DNA of 64,000 bases from Yuukianura sp. NJ FZ-2021 (taxonomy: Eukaryota). Below the pieces are notes generated by a model, which worked only from the letters and a program-made list of their open reading frames with translations, was not told the DNA's origin and did not search any database. The translations under genes and the position numbers were made by a program. Of the stretch, positions 62,194 to 64,000 are shown piece after piece (position 1 is the stretch's first letter; each line of letters starts with the position of its first letter). The DNA is taken from the NCBI GenBank assembly GCA_046563655.1, contig CM102289.1, positions 2,046,001 through 2,110,000 on the forward strand. Reading direction: 5' to 3'.

Positions 62194-63969
62194 ATGACCT
62201 CCAGGCATCTGCGAATGACTTTGAGGTCACCCAGTTGGCAGGTTCGTTTGCCATTTCAGTTTGAATGAGCCTACCGATTAGATTTAATGAATTTTGAATT
62301 TTTCTTCAATTGACTAGGGTTCCCACAACGGTACACCTCAGTTTGGTGACCCCAGAACCGTTGAAATATCTGTTGCAGATCCGAAGCAGTGCTGCTCTTT
62401 CTGCCACAGGTCCGACGTCAACACAACGGAGTATGGAGTTCTATTAAAATTAGACGACATTGTCACACATCACTTCTGCCTGGTTAGTTCAATCATTACC
62501 TGACTTTAAGCACTATAACTTACGATCATGTTTCATGTCCACTTGTTTGTAATGTTTCATGTCCACTTGTTTGTAATCGATTTCTTTTCTGTCTAGCTTT
62601 TCTCGGCTCTAGTGGAACAAACAGGAAATGACAACGAAGGAATTCAAGGGTTTTTGCCAACGTGTATCAGGAAAGAAGTAATGAGGGGCAAGAGATTGGT
62701 AAGTTAAGTGAGGATGCCTAGATCCAGTCGAACGTTTTGTATAAGACTATTTTTGGAATCACGGAGAATTGATTTTTTTTAAGTACTACATGTTTGTTTC
62801 AGAGATGCAAGTTTTGCAAAGAATACAATGCAACGATTGGATGCGGAGTTTCCAGATGCCCCGTCAGTTTCCACTATACATGTGGATATGACGCCGGTTG
62901 CTTATTCCAGTTTTTCGGCCAGTTCCAAGGCTACTGTCCTCGTCACAAGCCCAAGCAGAACATCCCACCCAATATTTGTACAGAGTGTCCCATCTGTTTG
63001 GTTGACACGGAATTGGACGAAGCCGTTTGGCCACCTTGCTGCGGCAAACGCCTCTTTCATCGTGGGTGTCTAATGGTGAGTGACAGTACTAACTTTACAA
63101 TATAAAACTTTTTTTCGAACCGCTGAACTCACTCATTCACTTCTTCGGTTCCAGGTAATTTGGTCGGAATTGGATTGGTCGAAAACGCAGAGGTCGGCAA
63201 ACCTAACCTACCCCTAGCATTAGAAAGATTAACCAAACCTAACCTAAATCCCATATACGCCTGCCGACCTCTGCCATTCCGACCAATTCACTTCCGACCA
63301 AATTACCTGCTACGACTTCTCTTCTATTGTGTTTTTGCAGTATACAGCGAAGGCCGCAGGCTACTTTTTCAAGTGTCCTTTTTGCAACTCGACTGAAGAG
63401 AAATTCATTCATGCCATGAAGTCCAATGGAATCTACATTCCCCAGCAGTGAGTGAACCAATTAATCTAAAGTATTCAAAAAGAGTATAATGGTTTTAACG
63501 TACCAATGTTATTTAGGGATGCTGCGTGGGAATTGGACCCGAATGCATTTCAAGAACAACTTGTCCTTTACTCACGCTGTGATGTAAAAGTCTGCGTCTG
63601 TCCACACGGCAGAAAATTTTCGTCCAGGAACGGCTACGAGTACGTCATATCCTCACTATCACAGTTATAATTCGCTTCCTAAGCGTATCACACATGATTC
63701 CATTTGCTTGTTTTAGTCCTTGGTGTATGGTTCGATGTGGTTGCTGCGGAGCATCTGCCACTCATATGAAATGCAGCGGGCTTCGGATCCATAAATGGAA
63801 TTGTCATTCGTGTAGAGCTGTTTTGAAAAACTCATGTATGAAAAAACGATTTTACAATTTCAATTTGGTTTTTCTCTAAAGAAAAAGAACATCTGAACTT
63901 CTCTGATTTGTATAGCCAAGAAGAGCTCAGTAGAATTTGAGAAGATTTATAACTCCGATTCTGACAATG
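62194..63969 (+). CDS. G2E3/PHF7 (pineapple eye)-like PHD/RING protein, runs off the window end
   Basis: CSFC..YG....HHFCLLFS..EGIQGFL..IRKEV.RG..CKFC..ATIGC....C..SFHY.CG (extended PHD); CPIC..PCC..FHRGC; AGYFFKCPFCN; DAAWEL; C..CG..ATH..C..W.C..C. Confidence 0.85.
63146..63314. mobile_element. Small MITE with (AACCT)n core in an intron
   Basis: Subterminal inverted repeats CAGGTAATTTGGTCGGAA / TTCCGACCAAATTACCTG; central AACCTAACCT; ACTTCT(T/C) on both sides as a possible TSD. Confidence 0.6.
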
Positions 63970-64000
63970 GTATGAAACGTCTTCTTAATCATCCGTTTTT

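Overview
This is AT-rich eukaryotic DNA with many short GT-AG introns. Gustatory receptor, ionotropic receptor and aaNAT-type genes indicate an arthropod; a springtail-like soil hexapod is my inference only. From left to right: (1) two tandem copies of a secreted gene with two ricin-B lectin domains plus four copies of a Trp-rich ~95-aa repeat I do not recognise; (2) a strictosidine-synthase-like (hemomucin/APMAP) gene; (3) three tandem head-to-head pairs of a secreted berberine-bridge-enzyme-like bicovalent FAD oxidase and a bacterial/phage-type SleB (Hydrolase_2) cell-wall hydrolase, both carrying spliceosomal introns; (4) a CUB-trypsin with a ~190-aa Lys-rich insertion inside the catalytic domain; (5) an ABCB6/HMT1-like half transporter and an aaNAT-like GNAT; (6) five gustatory receptors, one a TE-disrupted pseudogene; (7) an ABCA3-like transporter and a divergent ionotropic receptor; (8) an orphan 4-exon gene, an SNX5/6 pseudogene holding a 1.2-kb foldback element, and the start of a G2E3/PHF7-like gene. 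Several MITEs have clear TIRs and TSDs. The best candidate for an undescribed system is the triplicated oxidase + peptidoglycan hydrolase cassette, apparently of microbial origin, inside a possible innate-defence gene cluster. All calls come from reading the sequence; no database searches were run.
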